A stretch of 63,460 bases of DNA, counting the filler, from Octopus bimaculoides (lineage: Eukaryota), in NCBI RefSeq assembly GCF_001194135.2. It is 5 parts of 4 records of this genome, joined end to end, with 100 filler letters (N's around TTAATTAATTAA, not from the genome) between each part and the next. Parts side by side here need not be neighbours in the genome. Positions count along the whole stretch, not along the records: positions 1 to 16,504 come from NC_068981.1; positions 16,605 to 40,665 come from NC_068988.1; 3 more parts are not named here. One strand, written 5' to 3'. Shown one piece after another: positions 11,976 through 24,398 of this stretch (within the stretch, counting starts at the first letter, position 1; the number at the start of each line of letters is the position of its first letter). The notes beneath the pieces were generated by a model that worked only from the letters and a program-made list of their open reading frames with translations, had not been told where the DNA came from and did not search any database. The position numbers were made by a program, and so were the translations under genes.

Positions 11976-12371
11976 TCCTAGACCTTCGCTTTTTTCGTAG
12001 CTGCTGCTGCTTAAACCATCAAACCTCAGAACCAAATATTTCTCTGCACCCATAGAAACTATTTTTCAGAACTGCTACTACCTACCGAGTCTTCACAAAG
12101 GAAAAGGAAGAGAGTGACACAGAAAAAGGAAAATGTCTTACCTATTTGAAGACTATGGACATATTTACAAAACATTTCATTTAATTTTTTCTTCAACTTA
12201 ATTGTTTATCTAGTTGAAAAATTCGAAAAGACTGAAACCGTTACTAGCCGTTACAAAATGTATTTCATGGTAAAATTATTTTAGCATTTTCTACTTGTTT
12301 TATTTTCCTTATACATGTCAACTTGTGCGTTATTTTTCAACTTTCTACGTATATATATATACACACATACA

Positions 12372-12404
<33 letters not shown>

Positions 12405-12613
12405 TATTTATATTATATGATTGAACGCCACGCATCCTCTTCCAAGTACGTTTTATCTTAATAATTTTGATGCGCACTCTATACGATCTTTTTACACTTT
12501 CGTTTTTCTCTCTTTCTCTCTCTTACTCTTTTACCTCCTCTTCTCCCACTATTCTATCCTATTAGTCTGTCACTCTCTCTCCCTCACTCCTCCTCCCTTG
12601 CTCATGTAGCTTC

Positions 12614-13030
12614 CACGTAACCATCGGCCATCTTTCTTTCTTCTCCTAACTTGTGTTTTCTTTCTCTCCGTTATAGCTGGAACAAAGAAGGCGTGTTCTT
12701 GTTTGTCTACAGTCCAAGCTTGATTTACGCCCTTCCTGTTTGTTTTCACTGTCCTGTTTGCGTTACCAAATTTGACCCTCCGCAAAATGCTAAATTTAAT
12801 TTAATTTGCTTTGCAGGAGCAACTGTTCTATCGAAAGCGTATATTGTTATTAAATGCTCGAAATACGAGACTAGAAAAACAGCCAACAACTGATGAAGGG
12901 TCGTTCTTTGTGTAGCTTGTTTTGTTTTCTATTTGTATCTTTCGTTGTTCGAAAGAATAGTTCATGTTCCATGTACTCGTGTTTCGTATTTTTTTTTGTA
13001 CACGTTTCGTGATGTCCTGTGCCCACATAT
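12614..13030 (+). mobile_element. Unclassified non-coding interspersed element with conserved termini
   Basis: Both ends match the minus-strand element at 39462-39751 (21/23 and 15/17 nt). Confidence 0.6.
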
Positions 13031-13099
13031 GCATATATATATATGTATATATATATATATACGTTTAGATGCATTTATGTACATATAAGTATGTATATA

Positions 13100-13170
<71 letters not shown>

Positions 13171-13254
13171 CTATATATATATATACTATTTATACTGATT
13201 ATGATTGAACGCCACGCATCTTATACACACACACAGTGGAGGAGGCAGACATGC

Positions 13255-13412
13255 AGATAGTATATAGATAGATAGATAGATAGATAGATACATACATACT
13301 TACATACATACATACATCCATCCATACATACATACATACATACATAGAAAGAAAGAGATTGTGACAGACAGAAAATAGATAGATAGACAGACAGACAGAC
13401 TGACTGACTGAC

Positions 13413-13447
<35 letters not shown>

Positions 13448-13475
13448 CTGGTCGGTTGATTCATTCATTCATTTA
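13255..13475. repeat. Stepwise compound tetranucleotide microsatellite
   Basis: GATA, CATA, CATC, CATA ... GATA, GACA, GACT, GATT, CATT blocks. Confidence 0.9.
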
Positions 13476-13782
13476 GGAATGGTACTGCTATTGATGAATT
13501 TGCCGGACTTAATATTGTTCGACCGTAAACTTTTTTATCACTTTCATAGTTAATTTTACATCTGTTGTATTTGTCTTGATTTTGAGTTAGTATTTGACTA
13601 TAAAGTTTCTATAGTCAATCTTTAACTTTTCGGTGAGAAATTCTATATAGGATCGCAATATTATCAACTAAGTTTTTCTTTTTCTATCTAGCATTGTTCT
13701 TTGTTCATAAATTATATAATAATGAAATGCCTTCTGGTCGAAAATATTTGGTCAATTAACGTAAAAGTATAATTACTCTTTT

Positions 13783-14192
13783 ACTCTTTTACTTGTTTCA
13801 GTCATTTGACTGTGGCCATGCTGGAGCACCGCCTTTAGTCGAGCAAATCGACCCTAGGACTTATTCTTTGTAAGCCTAGTACTTATTTTATCGGTCTCTT
13901 TTGCCGAACCGCTAGATACGGGGACTTAAACACACCAGCATCGGTTGTCAAGAGATGTTGTGAGGGGGGGGGACAAACACAGACACACAAACATTTACAC
14001 ACACATACATATATATGTATATACATATATACGACGAGCTTCTTTCAGTTTCCGTCTACCAAATCCATTCACAAGGCTTTGGTCGGCCCGAGGATATAGT
14101 AGAAGACACTTGCCCAAGGTGCCACGCAGTGGGAGTGAACCCGGAACCATGTGGTTCGTAAGCAAGCTACTTACCACACAGCTACTCCTGCG
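13783..14192 (-). mobile_element. tRNA-derived SINE family B, full length with internal microsatellite
   Basis: Minus head AGGAGTAGCTGTGTGGTAAGTAGCTTGCTT...GGTTCACTCCC; tail ends GACTGAAACAAGTAAAAGAG. Confidence 0.9.
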
Positions 14193-14361
14193 CCTGCATA
14201 ATACCTATGTATCTGATGTAACAGTTTGATTCATGAAGGATACAACTTCCACACTTACATTGAAAACTGTATGTCCCATTGGTAGTACTCGAATCAGTGA
14301 TTTACTCCTATTCTCATCATGTATGGCTCTAAACTTCTCGTTTCATACTTATATACATATA

Positions 14362-14555
14362 AGTACGTGGTTAAGAAGCTCACTTTCTAGCCATGGGGTA
14401 TCGGGTGCAGTCCCATTGCGTTGTACGTTGGACGAGTGCCTTTTACTTAGCTCCTAACTGACCAATGCCTTGCGAGTGAATTTGGTAGACGGAAACTATA
14501 CATATACATGTGTGTGTATGTGAGATGTGTGTGTATGTGAGATGTGTGTGTGTGT

Positions 14556-14586
<31 letters not shown>

Positions 14587-14800
14587 CATATGAGTGTGTG
14601 TGTTTGTGTGCTCCTGCACCGCTTCATGACCGAGAGTTGGTTTGTTTATGTCCCAGCAACTTAACTGTTCGCACACGAGCCAAATAGAATAAGTACCAGG
14701 CTTTAAAAATAAGTACTGCGGCCGACATGTTCCGCTAAACCCTTGAAGACGTTGCTCCAGCATGGTTGCAGTCTAATGACTGAAACAAGTAAACGGTAAA
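14362..14800 (+). mobile_element. SINE family B, diverged
   Basis: Same head, TTTGGTAGACGGAAACT core, internal (TG)n and GCTCCAGCATGG tail. Confidence 0.85.
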
Positions 14801-14920
14801 TGAACACATACAAACATACATACATACATTGTGTGTGTGTGTGGAGAGAGAGAGAGAGATAGAGACAGAGAGAGGGAGAAAGAGAAAAAAGAAAGAGAAA
14901 GAGAGAGAAAGAGAGAGAAA

Positions 14921-15045
14921 AGTGAGAGAGAGAAAAAGTGAGAGAGAGAAAAAGTGAGAGAGAGAAAAAGTGAGAGAGAGAAAAAGTGAGAGAGAGAAAA
15001 AGTGAGAGAGAGAAAAAGTGAGAGAGAGAAAAAGTGAGAGAGAGA
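14921..15045. repeat. 16-bp minisatellite (AGTGAGAGAGAGAAAA) x about 7.5
   Basis: AGTG recurs every 16 nt from 14921 to 15033; no spacers. Confidence 0.9.
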
Positions 15046-15439
15046 GAAAGGGAAATACGGGTTGCATCTGTGTGCGTGTGTATTGTGTAAATGTTTGTAA
15101 CCGACACTGTGTCTCTAAGTATATTCGTACGCATATGAAACAGGAGTTTACACTTACACAAGGGCTGAGACGCTTCACTCAGTATTTCAGATATATTAGA
15201 CAGTGTATTTACTTCTTACTGCAATCGTTTGACATATGTCTTTTACGAAACCACATTTTTTTTTCTTCTAGAATTCCCTCGATGTCTAGTTCCTATGACT
15301 CTGAACTAATAAAATATGAAGCTAATAAAATGACCGCAGTCCAATGACTGAAACAAGTAAAAGATAAAGATAAAAGCTAAAACCATGCCTACATTCCGAT
15401 ATCTTTAGTATGTCATATAAAATATGTCAAATAATAAAG

Positions 15440-15900
15440 ACTAGCTCTAAAGGCGTTAAATTTATTTTTGCTGTTCTGGATAAGCCGTTCCATAAAACTG
15501 ATGACATGTGACCTCCAGAAAACCAAGGCAGTTAGTAACATTTTTGCATCTGCTCTATATGTTTTCCAATATATGTGAGCTCGCCTTTCCTAACGGATCT
15601 TTGAAATGACATCTACAATGATTCGTCAAACAAATCCGTGCATGTCGTTAAGAGAAATGCGCGGGAAGCCTGTCAGGACACACATCGGAGATACTATTTG
15701 TCTTATCTATTGTAGATGTAACATCCGCTTCTTTAATCTCAGTGTTATCAATTGCAACATGTGAAGCAATCTTGAAGAGCTCGACAGGCTCAAAAATTTG
15801 TTTATGAACCGGTTGCATTGTGAACACGCTGTTGTAGTGCGTGATAAGAAATTCATGTGATTCCTGCGGTTCTGCAGTGAGTGAATCGCCTCTTTCAAGT
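15440..15900 (-). mobile_element. CR1-like LINE ORF2 fragment
   Basis: Minus frame LITHYNSVFT...EIKEADVTSTIDK..CPDRLPAHF and SHVISFMERLI. Confidence 0.7.
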
Positions 15901-16025
15901 TAAGGCCCTATTTTTCACTTACTTGTGTACATCAATAATAATAACAGAAAAGAAATGTGAAAAAATAAAAGCAAATTACGAATTTTTACTACATTCAATT
16001 ATATATTTATATTTCAAGTTTTGTA

Positions 16026-16060
<35 letters not shown>

Positions 16061-16504
16061 TGTAAATCAAAGGTAGGACAGAAAGAACACAACAAGCGGA
16101 AATCAACAAAAAACACAACATGCAGAAAAATAGACGATAGCATAACAAACGGCAAACAGGACAGAAACAAGATACACGGATCATTCGCAGTCGATTTCAG
16201 ATAGATAGATAGATAGCTAGATAGATAGATAGATACATACATACATACATACATACATGTTCATTATGTATATTCTATACACATATGTATCTACATATAC
16301 ACACGCGCATACACACGCGCGCATACACATACGCGCATACACACACACGCATACACACACGCGTGCACATGCACACAGTGTATGTGTGTGAGGCTGACTG
16401 AGTGCTAAGCACATTGCACAAGGGCGACTGTGCTTATGTGAAGTGAATGAATGAGTCACTCATATTATAGCATTCATACATACATACATACATATATATA
16501 TATA

Positions 16505-16604
16505 NNNNNNNNNNNNNNNNNNNNNNNNNNNNNNNNNNNNNNNNNNNNTTAATTAATTAANNNNNNNNNNNNNNNNNNNNNNNNNNNNNNNNNNNNNNNN
16601 NNNN
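16505..16604. other. Assembly linker N44-TTAATTAATTAA-N44
   Basis: Exactly 100 nt, identical at four places, with stops in all six frames. Confidence 0.95.
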
Positions 16605-16691
16605 TATATATATATATATATATCCTTATGAGGTTTTTTTCACACTAGCTACTTGATAAATTCTTGTAAAAGAATTCGTCCTATTATTGAA

Positions 16692-16732
<41 letters not shown>

Positions 16733-17004
16733 TTTAGAAACTTGTTTGTGTGTCTTTGATAAAATAGTTATGTATAAATAGTAACATTTCTAATAGTTCT
16801 TTTTAATTTAGTTACAACGCCAGCATCTTTTGAGGAGAAGCTGTTTGTTGATTGCATTATCTCTAGTACATGCCTGAATGAGAAAAGATGTTGTTGATCT
16901 CGGCTGCTGGGACTCTGAACGTAGAAAGCCGGAAGAATTGTCACAAAGCAATTTTCTTCCTGATATTGTAATAATTTTTCCAGATAGTAATAAATGCATT
17001 CATA

Positions 17005-17700
17005 TTAAATAATAACCTTTTCTGCTATAGGCAAAAAGCCTGAAATTTGAGTGTGGGGTTTAAGTCTATTACATCGACTCCAGTGTTTCTCTGGTTCTTA
17101 TTTCATCCTCTTCGAAAAGATAAAGACAAAATCGATCGCGGCGAAGTTTGAACTCAGATCGTGCAGACGGACGAAATGCTGCTAAGCATTTTACCCGGCG
17201 AACTAACGATTATGCTAAGCTCGTCGCCTAAATAATAATAATAATAATAATAATTATTATTATTATTATACTAATGGTTTCAAAATTTGCCTCGGGGGCG
17301 GCAATATTGTGGGAGGGAATGAGTCGATTACATCGACCCAGTATTCAACTGGTACTTATTTTATCGAGCCCGAAAGGATAAAAGGGAAAGTCGACCTCGG
17401 CGGAATTTGAACTCACAACGTAGCGGCCGACGAAATACCGCTAAGCATTTGGCCCAGCATGCCAACGATTCTGCCAGCTCGCCGCCTTTATAATAATGAT
17501 GATAATAATGATAATAATAATAATGATAATAATAATAATAATAATGGCTTCAAATATTTGCACAAAGCCAGCATTTTCGGAGGAGAAGCTCAGTCGATTA
17601 CATCCACTCCAGTCATCAGTTGGTACTCAGTTTATCGACCACAGGAAGTATAAAAATCAAAGTTGATGTTCGGCAGAACGTAAAGACAGTCGAAGTGCTA
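17005..17700 (-). mobile_element. Three tandem family A SINEs (17005-17230, 17272-17488, 17545-17700) separated by (AAT)n tails
   Basis: Reverse complements of the family A consensus. Confidence 0.85.
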
Positions 17701-17709
17701 CGAAGCCAC

Positions 17710-18830
17710 CATGAATAGCAACAAATTCAGACAGATCCCTTATGTACTCCACCTACTATTAATCTCTCTTTGGAAAGGGTACCATTGGTTGCATCAGTCC
17801 AGGCTTCTATCTTTTAAAATGTTATGGAACCATTCTTCCAATTTTCCAACTATGCTGAGACTTTGTAGCGTGTGATATATCCCGTGATCAACCTCATCAA
17901 AAGCTTTTGAAATGTACATATATCACATCCATATTTTAGCGATTTGAATTTGTATCAGGTAGCTTCTTTCTGAGCAGAAGCAATGCTGGTTGTCAGGGAT
18001 CGCGTCATTATCTTCTAGGAATGTGATCAGTTTCTTCCTAACAATTCATTCCATGACTTTGCCTGGCATGTGCGGCTCAAGAGACAAGTCTATGATTTTT
18101 ATCGTCTGTTTTACTTCCTCCTTTATGGATAGCACATATTATGCCTTTCTTTAGCTTTATGGCAGTCTAACACTTATAAGGATACGCTAAAAGAGAATCT
18201 GAAGTGATCTTGCTAGAATCTCTTGCTCTTTTTTTGGTTTTTGGAAGATTACTGAGAAACCATCAGGGCTGCTGGCTGAGTTTTATCTCATTTCATCATT
18301 GACTGGTATGACATCATTTTTCTCTATTCCTATGTAATAAATAATTACCATGTGTCTGTGAAAAGCTGTGGTACTGAAGAGCTCATAAGGTAGAACTATT
18401 TGCAAGCGTTCCAACGGAGTTGTGAAAACGCTTTTACATTGCATATTCAATATTTTACACTTACTTCGGTCGTCATCAGTGAACTATTTTCTTCGAATTC
18501 TGGCCCTATCACGTACCTGAGAGAAGCAGACACCTTCGCTAATCTAGAGGAGGCTTTAGAGTTTGCCTTTATATTTGGCAACCCTAGTTTCTTTTTCTGA
18601 CCTCTCCTTTTCATGTGAGTATTGGAGCTCACCTTTGCTTTGCTATCATTGTTCTCGTTGGGAATGCAGTTATCCAGAGTAAGTGATGTTGTCTGTTTTG
18701 TCGCCTTCTTCATGCACGGATTCACGTTGACCTTTCATGGATTCCGTTAGAGTTATTTGAGATTGTATCATTGCTTTCTCTTTTGTCTTTCACATTTACT
18801 CTCGTCTTTGAAGATAATAATGTCCATTAA
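17710..18830 (-). mobile_element. CR1-like LINE RT pseudogene
   Basis: Minus frames KKLITFLEDNDAIPDNQHCF, SKAFDEVDHG and VGKLEEW; parallels the + copy at 28190-29425. Confidence 0.8.
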
Positions 18831-19763
18831 CTCAATGTGCGGTTGAAGAAGGCCATAAAAACGAATCAAGTCGTTCATATATATATATATATATANNNNN
18901 NNNNNNNNNNNNNNNNNNNNNNNNNNNNNNNNNNNNNNNNNNNNNNNNNNNNNNNNNNNNNNNNNNNNNNNNNNNNNNNNNNNNNNNNNNNNNNNNNNNN
19001 NNNNNNNNNNNNNNNNNNNNNNNNNNNNNNNNNNNNNNNNNNNNNNNNNNNNNNNNNNNNNNNNNNNNNNNNNNNNNNNNNNNNNNNNNNNNNNNNNNNN
19101 NNNNNNNNNNNNNNNNNNNNNNNNNNNNNNNNNNNNNNNNNNNNNNNNNNNNNNNNNNNNNNNNNNNNNNNNNNNNNNNNNNNNNNNNNNNNNNNNNNNN
19201 NNNNNNNNNNNNNNNNNNNNNNNNNNNNNNNNNNNNNNNNNNNNNNNNNNNNNNNNNNNNNNNNNNNNNNNNNNNNNNNNNNNNNNNNNNNNNNNNNNNN
19301 NNNNNNNNNNNNNNNNNNNNNNNNNNNNNNNNNNNNNNNNNNNNNNNNNNNNNNNNNNNNNNNNNNNNNNNNNNNNNNNNNNNNNNNNNNNNNNNNNNNN
19401 NNNNNNNNNNNNNNNNNNNNNNNNNNNNNNNNNNNNNNNNNNNNNNNNNNNNNNNNNNNNNNNNNNNNNNNNNNNNNNNNNNNNNNNNNNNNNNNNNNNN
19501 NNNNNNNNNNNNNNNNNNNNNNNNNNNNNNNNNNNNNNNNNNNNNNNNNNNNNNNNNNNNNNNNNNNNNNNNNNNNNNNNNNNNNNNNNNNNNNNNNNNN
19601 NNNNNNNNNNNNNNNNNNNNNNNNNNNNNNNNNNNNNNNNNNNNNNNNNNNNNNNNNNNNNNNNNNNNNNNNNNNNNNNNNNNNNNNNNNNNNNNNNNNN
19701 NNNNNNNNNNNNNNNNNNNNNNNNNNNNNNNNNNNNNNNNNNNNNNNNNNNNNNNNNNNNNNN

Positions 19764-19805
<42 letters not shown>

Positions 19806-20170
19806 TATGTAGGAACGCACACTCAACAATTCACAATCGCAGATATATGTGTGTGCATGTATTTCATATATGTAGACACATACATACACTCACTCCGTCA
19901 TTCTTTCACTCTCTGTCTCTCTCCATCTCTTTCTCCCAACACGTATTTTGTCTGTACCTCTGTATATACGATATGTGTGTGCGATTATTTTTCATTTATT
20001 GTCTGTATTATCAGTATGCATATATGTGTATAGATATGGGAATATATGGAAGTACCTACACCTTCTTGTAAAGACACGAAAACAGTAAATTATACACTGA
20101 CATACACGCACGCACGCACACACACACCCAACACACACACAAGCAAGCGTATGTATCAGCATTCACTATA

Positions 20171-20240
<70 letters not shown>

Positions 20241-20737
20241 GAAATATAAAGTATATATATATATCATAAGACATACATATATACATATATACGTATATAC
20301 GTATTTACATATATATATATATATGTTCATATATATATACATATTTATAAACACACACACATGCACAAATACACTCACACACACATATATACGCATGTAT
20401 GTATATATGTAGCAGCTGTAGTAATATTTTCTCACATCGATTATAAAAGCCTACACAATAGTTTGTACTTCTTGTTTAATGGTAAAATTTAGCCAAATAT
20501 CCAAATATATTGAATAAACATGGAAGCGGATGTAATAAAATAATTTCAAAGAATACTTCCAAAACATAGTTGCCTACCCATGTACAAACACAAAAATAAC
20601 GAGACACACATGTTTATACGTACACGAATGTTCATAGTGAGTGAAGCGTTTACTCAGAGACTCACGTATAGACGTCTAAATCTACGGGTGCATCATATGT
20701 ACATACACAACTACATATATATATGTATATATATGTA

Positions 20738-20792
<55 letters not shown>

Positions 20793-21466
20793 ATAAGTAC
20801 ATGTGTGTGTGTGTGCGCGCGCGCGCGTGTAAACTAATCTTTTGATGTGTGACAAAAATTCTTCACAACTTTCACTCAGGAGTAATTGAGTGAGCATATA
20901 ATCATTGAAATATATCTTTTAAATATACATACATACATATATGCATATATAAATATATATATGAATATATATACNNNNNNNNNNNNNNNNNNNNNNNNNN
21001 NNNNNNNNNNNNNNNNNNNNNNNNNNNNNNNNNNNNNNNNNNNNNNNNNNNNNNNNNNNNNNNNNNNNNNNNNNNNNNNNNNNNNNNNNNNNNNNNNNNN
21101 NNNNNNNNNNNNNNNNNNNNNNNNNNNNNNNNNNNNNNNNNNNNNNNNNNNNNNNNNNNNNNNNNNNNNNNNNNNNNNNNNNNNNNNNNNNNNNNNNNNN
21201 NNNNNNNNNNNNNNNNNNNNNNNNNNNNNNNNNNNNNNNNNNNNNNNNNNNNNNNNNNNNNNNNNNNNNNNNNNNNNNNNNNNNNNNNNNNNNNNNNNNN
21301 NNNNNNNNNNNNNNNNNNNNNNNNNNNNNNNNNNNNNNNNNNNNNNNNNNNNNNNNNNNNNNNNNNNNNNNNNNNNNNNNNNNNNNNNNNNNNNNNNNNN
21401 NNNNNNNNNNNNNNNNNNNNNNNNNNNNNNNNNNNNNNNNNNNNNNNNNNNNNNNNNNNNNNNNNN

Positions 21467-21517
<51 letters not shown>

Positions 21518-21699
21518 AGTGTGTATATATATTTACAAATATATGGACATAGCTGTCACTTTCCTGCTGACAGAGAACAGGTTTTTTTGCTCGAAGCATG
21601 AAAATCCAATTTTCTGCGAAATTAATTCTTAATTTCTTGAAATCATCTCCCGTTATATCTCTTTTTTATTTTGTTTTTGTTCTATTTTGAACGTCTTAC

Positions 21700-22420
21700 T
21701 TGTTTTGATAAACACACACTAATATTATACTGGTATTGATTTAATATTGCATAAGTGAAACTAGCTATTTTCAGCCTATAGTCTATAACCCTTTGAGTTC
21801 TACGAATTTCACGCTGGAATTCCGCAAGCCGTGCCAAGTTATTAAAAGCCGGCAACCTAAAATGTATAATTACTTTGTTACATACAAAGTTACAGGTATA
21901 TATTAGAGAAAGGCGGCACAGGATGATGGTTAGGCAACTTGGTTCTAGATCATCGTCGATAGTTATAGATTGTCCATGATTTACGATATTTCTGAATGAC
22001 CTCAAACTTTATGAAGTTGATATTTCTGACGGCATTTGTGACAATTTACTGTCACCAGGTTTTCGGTTTCTTGCTGATGTTTATTAATAAATTCTGATCA
22101 AGAATTGCTGGGGACAAAAACCCCCCCCAAATTCTATGCATTGGACTAAATAACAAAAAGAAGAAGCAGTTATACGCAAACAATCGATCTCGACATGGAA
22201 TAATCCAAGAATCTAGGTAAACCACGGTTTTGCTGCAGGTGGCACAAAAAATCAAGTGACCATTTGTCAAGTGCAGAAAATAAAATGTGCAATGAAAAAC
22301 GAGTATGCGTACCTTGAATGGTTACTAGTTTAATGTTGTAAGAAATACACAGAAGAAACGAAATCTCCGTGGAGACAAAATACCGATTTAAGAGTTGCAG
22401 TGTGGAATAAAACGCGTCTG
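21700..22420 (+). mobile_element. Highly decayed LINE RT
   Basis: AGFRK, DGICDNLLSP, IGLNNKKKKQLYANN (YADD after two G-to-A changes) and EYAYLE appear in RT order. Confidence 0.4.
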
Positions 22421-22729
22421 GGAGTAGATAAACTGGGATATTGTTTTACAATCAATAAAGGGTTTATGAAGAGAGACTATAGACAACAAACTGAAGTTTG
22501 TTACAAACAACGAGAAGTGTTTTCTTGTACGCAGAGGCCAAGAATTTATAGAATTTATAGCTTTGTGCTGTTGTTACAAACTGATATTTAGCATTTACCG
22601 TTACATTCTGCTCAAATCCTACTAGGATTTAAGCCTGCATTCTAATCCTCTTAGATTGATTATATATATACCTATTTGGTATTCTGCTCCATTTACTAGT
22701 AGTTGTGAATCTTATATATTCGAACCTAT

Positions 22730-23660
22730 TCGAATGGAAAGTGAAGCTTGTACCATGGTCGCTTGAATATTGGGGAATAGCAAGCAGACTATTGGAAAAA
22801 CAGCAAGATTACATAAGCATTTAATAATATGGTGTTATAGATACATTGTGATTCAAACAAAAATAAGATGCGATGAGCATTGCTGAAGTCGAGCCTTGAA
22901 ATGATGTATTATGGGGTACAATTTCTTGATATTTCAAAATGTCATGTATCCAGCATTGGATACATAATGCTGAGACGATAACTCGTGCTCAAACATTATT
23001 TGATTTTGCAGTCCAAGATAGTGACTAACTCATCAGGTTTTTACTTCCATTGTTGCTCATTACATTTGACTGCTCCACTGTCACCAGCTTCTCAATCCTA
23101 TCGTTGAATTTAGATTTATGCTGCCGTTGCTTACAAACTTGGCTATACTATGATGTGGAAGCTGTTACTAGCTGTTGCAGCGCTTACTAAGGGTTAAGTG
23201 ATCTGTCCATGGAAGCTACAAAGCAACATGAAATGATACAAACAATTATCGTGAATGGAAATAAGTTACGGTGGGAGTCACTTTGAACAAACAGTTATTA
23301 CCATCAATAATTTACTGGAGTTGGTTCCCAAATCGGCATTTGACTCACTACTTCATTTTTGCTACGAATTCTCGTTCTTTCCTTTATAGTAGAGGTAAAT
23401 CTGGGAAGATTACCATAAAGAACCTGCTTTATTGTATGGGATTGCGATTTGACGTTAAGTGCTGCTCTCAGAGGTCTTGTTTATATTCCATCTCGTTTTC
23501 TTTCCAGCGTCTTTATTAGAGTCCATTTACTCCAACCATTTAAAATCAACTGGTTGAAGAATCTGGTCTATAGACATCAACGCAGAAGATTGAATCCCGG
23601 AGAGAAGTGATTGACTGTATTCGTCTTCAGACGAAGCGGTAGGAAGATAAATAGTTTACT
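22730..23660 (+). mobile_element. Possible decayed hAT transposase
   Basis: Weak ordered matches (YHGRLNI for CxAHRLNL, a W motif, VIDCIRLQ); many stops. Confidence 0.28.
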
Positions 23661-24362
23661 CGAGAAATTGAGATGACTAAATCGTGAATGTCAGACCATA
23701 CGTCTTACGATATTTATTCTGACTCCTCGGGTTCAGAGTTCAAAACCTGCCCAGCTCAATTTTCCTTATCATTCTTTAGCGATCGATTAAATAAAATACC
23801 AGTTACGCATTTAGGTCAATGTAATCGAGAAACCTATTAACTTTAAAATTATTAGCCCTTTGCCTAAATTTGGAAAAATTATTAGTCTACTTGAAAAAGT
23901 AATTCCTGTTAATATTTGCTTTTCATCGATGTCTTCTTTATATTTTAGACTCGTCCGACCATTTCCCCCTCTAAAATACACACTTATACACTTAGCGATA
24001 AGATGCACTAATTCTATCATTTATAACACTTACTTAAGATGAATAACCACAAGAACGAAGAGGCACTCAATAGAAAACATTAGTTCGTTAGTCAATATCC
24101 AGTATTTATGTCCAGTCAACCACTTATAGTTCTGTTCAGTTAAATGCAACGTTTATCATTTATGGCAAAATATATAAACATTTTTATTAAACATCTTTTG
24201 TGCGTCTGAAAGGAAAACAAGGAATATTGTTTACAAACATATCATTTGATGAATTACCTAGCAAAAGAAAAAACAAAATCTCTCTGCTTTTAAGTTCGCT
24301 AAAACCCACATCCTCAGATATACTTTACAAAAGAAATATCAACATATACCCCAAAAGCTAAA

Positions 24363-24398
<36 letters not shown>

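Noticed and set aside
12891-12975. Hammerhead starting CTGATGAAGGG
   Set aside because: No stem II pairing next to GAAA and no UH cleavage site.
14921-15045. CRISPR-like regular repeat
   Set aside because: No spacers, purine microsatellite-derived, eukaryotic context.
18370-18440. Hammerhead starting CTGAAGAGCTC
   Set aside because: Stem II is not adjacent to GAAA, and it lies antisense within a CR1.
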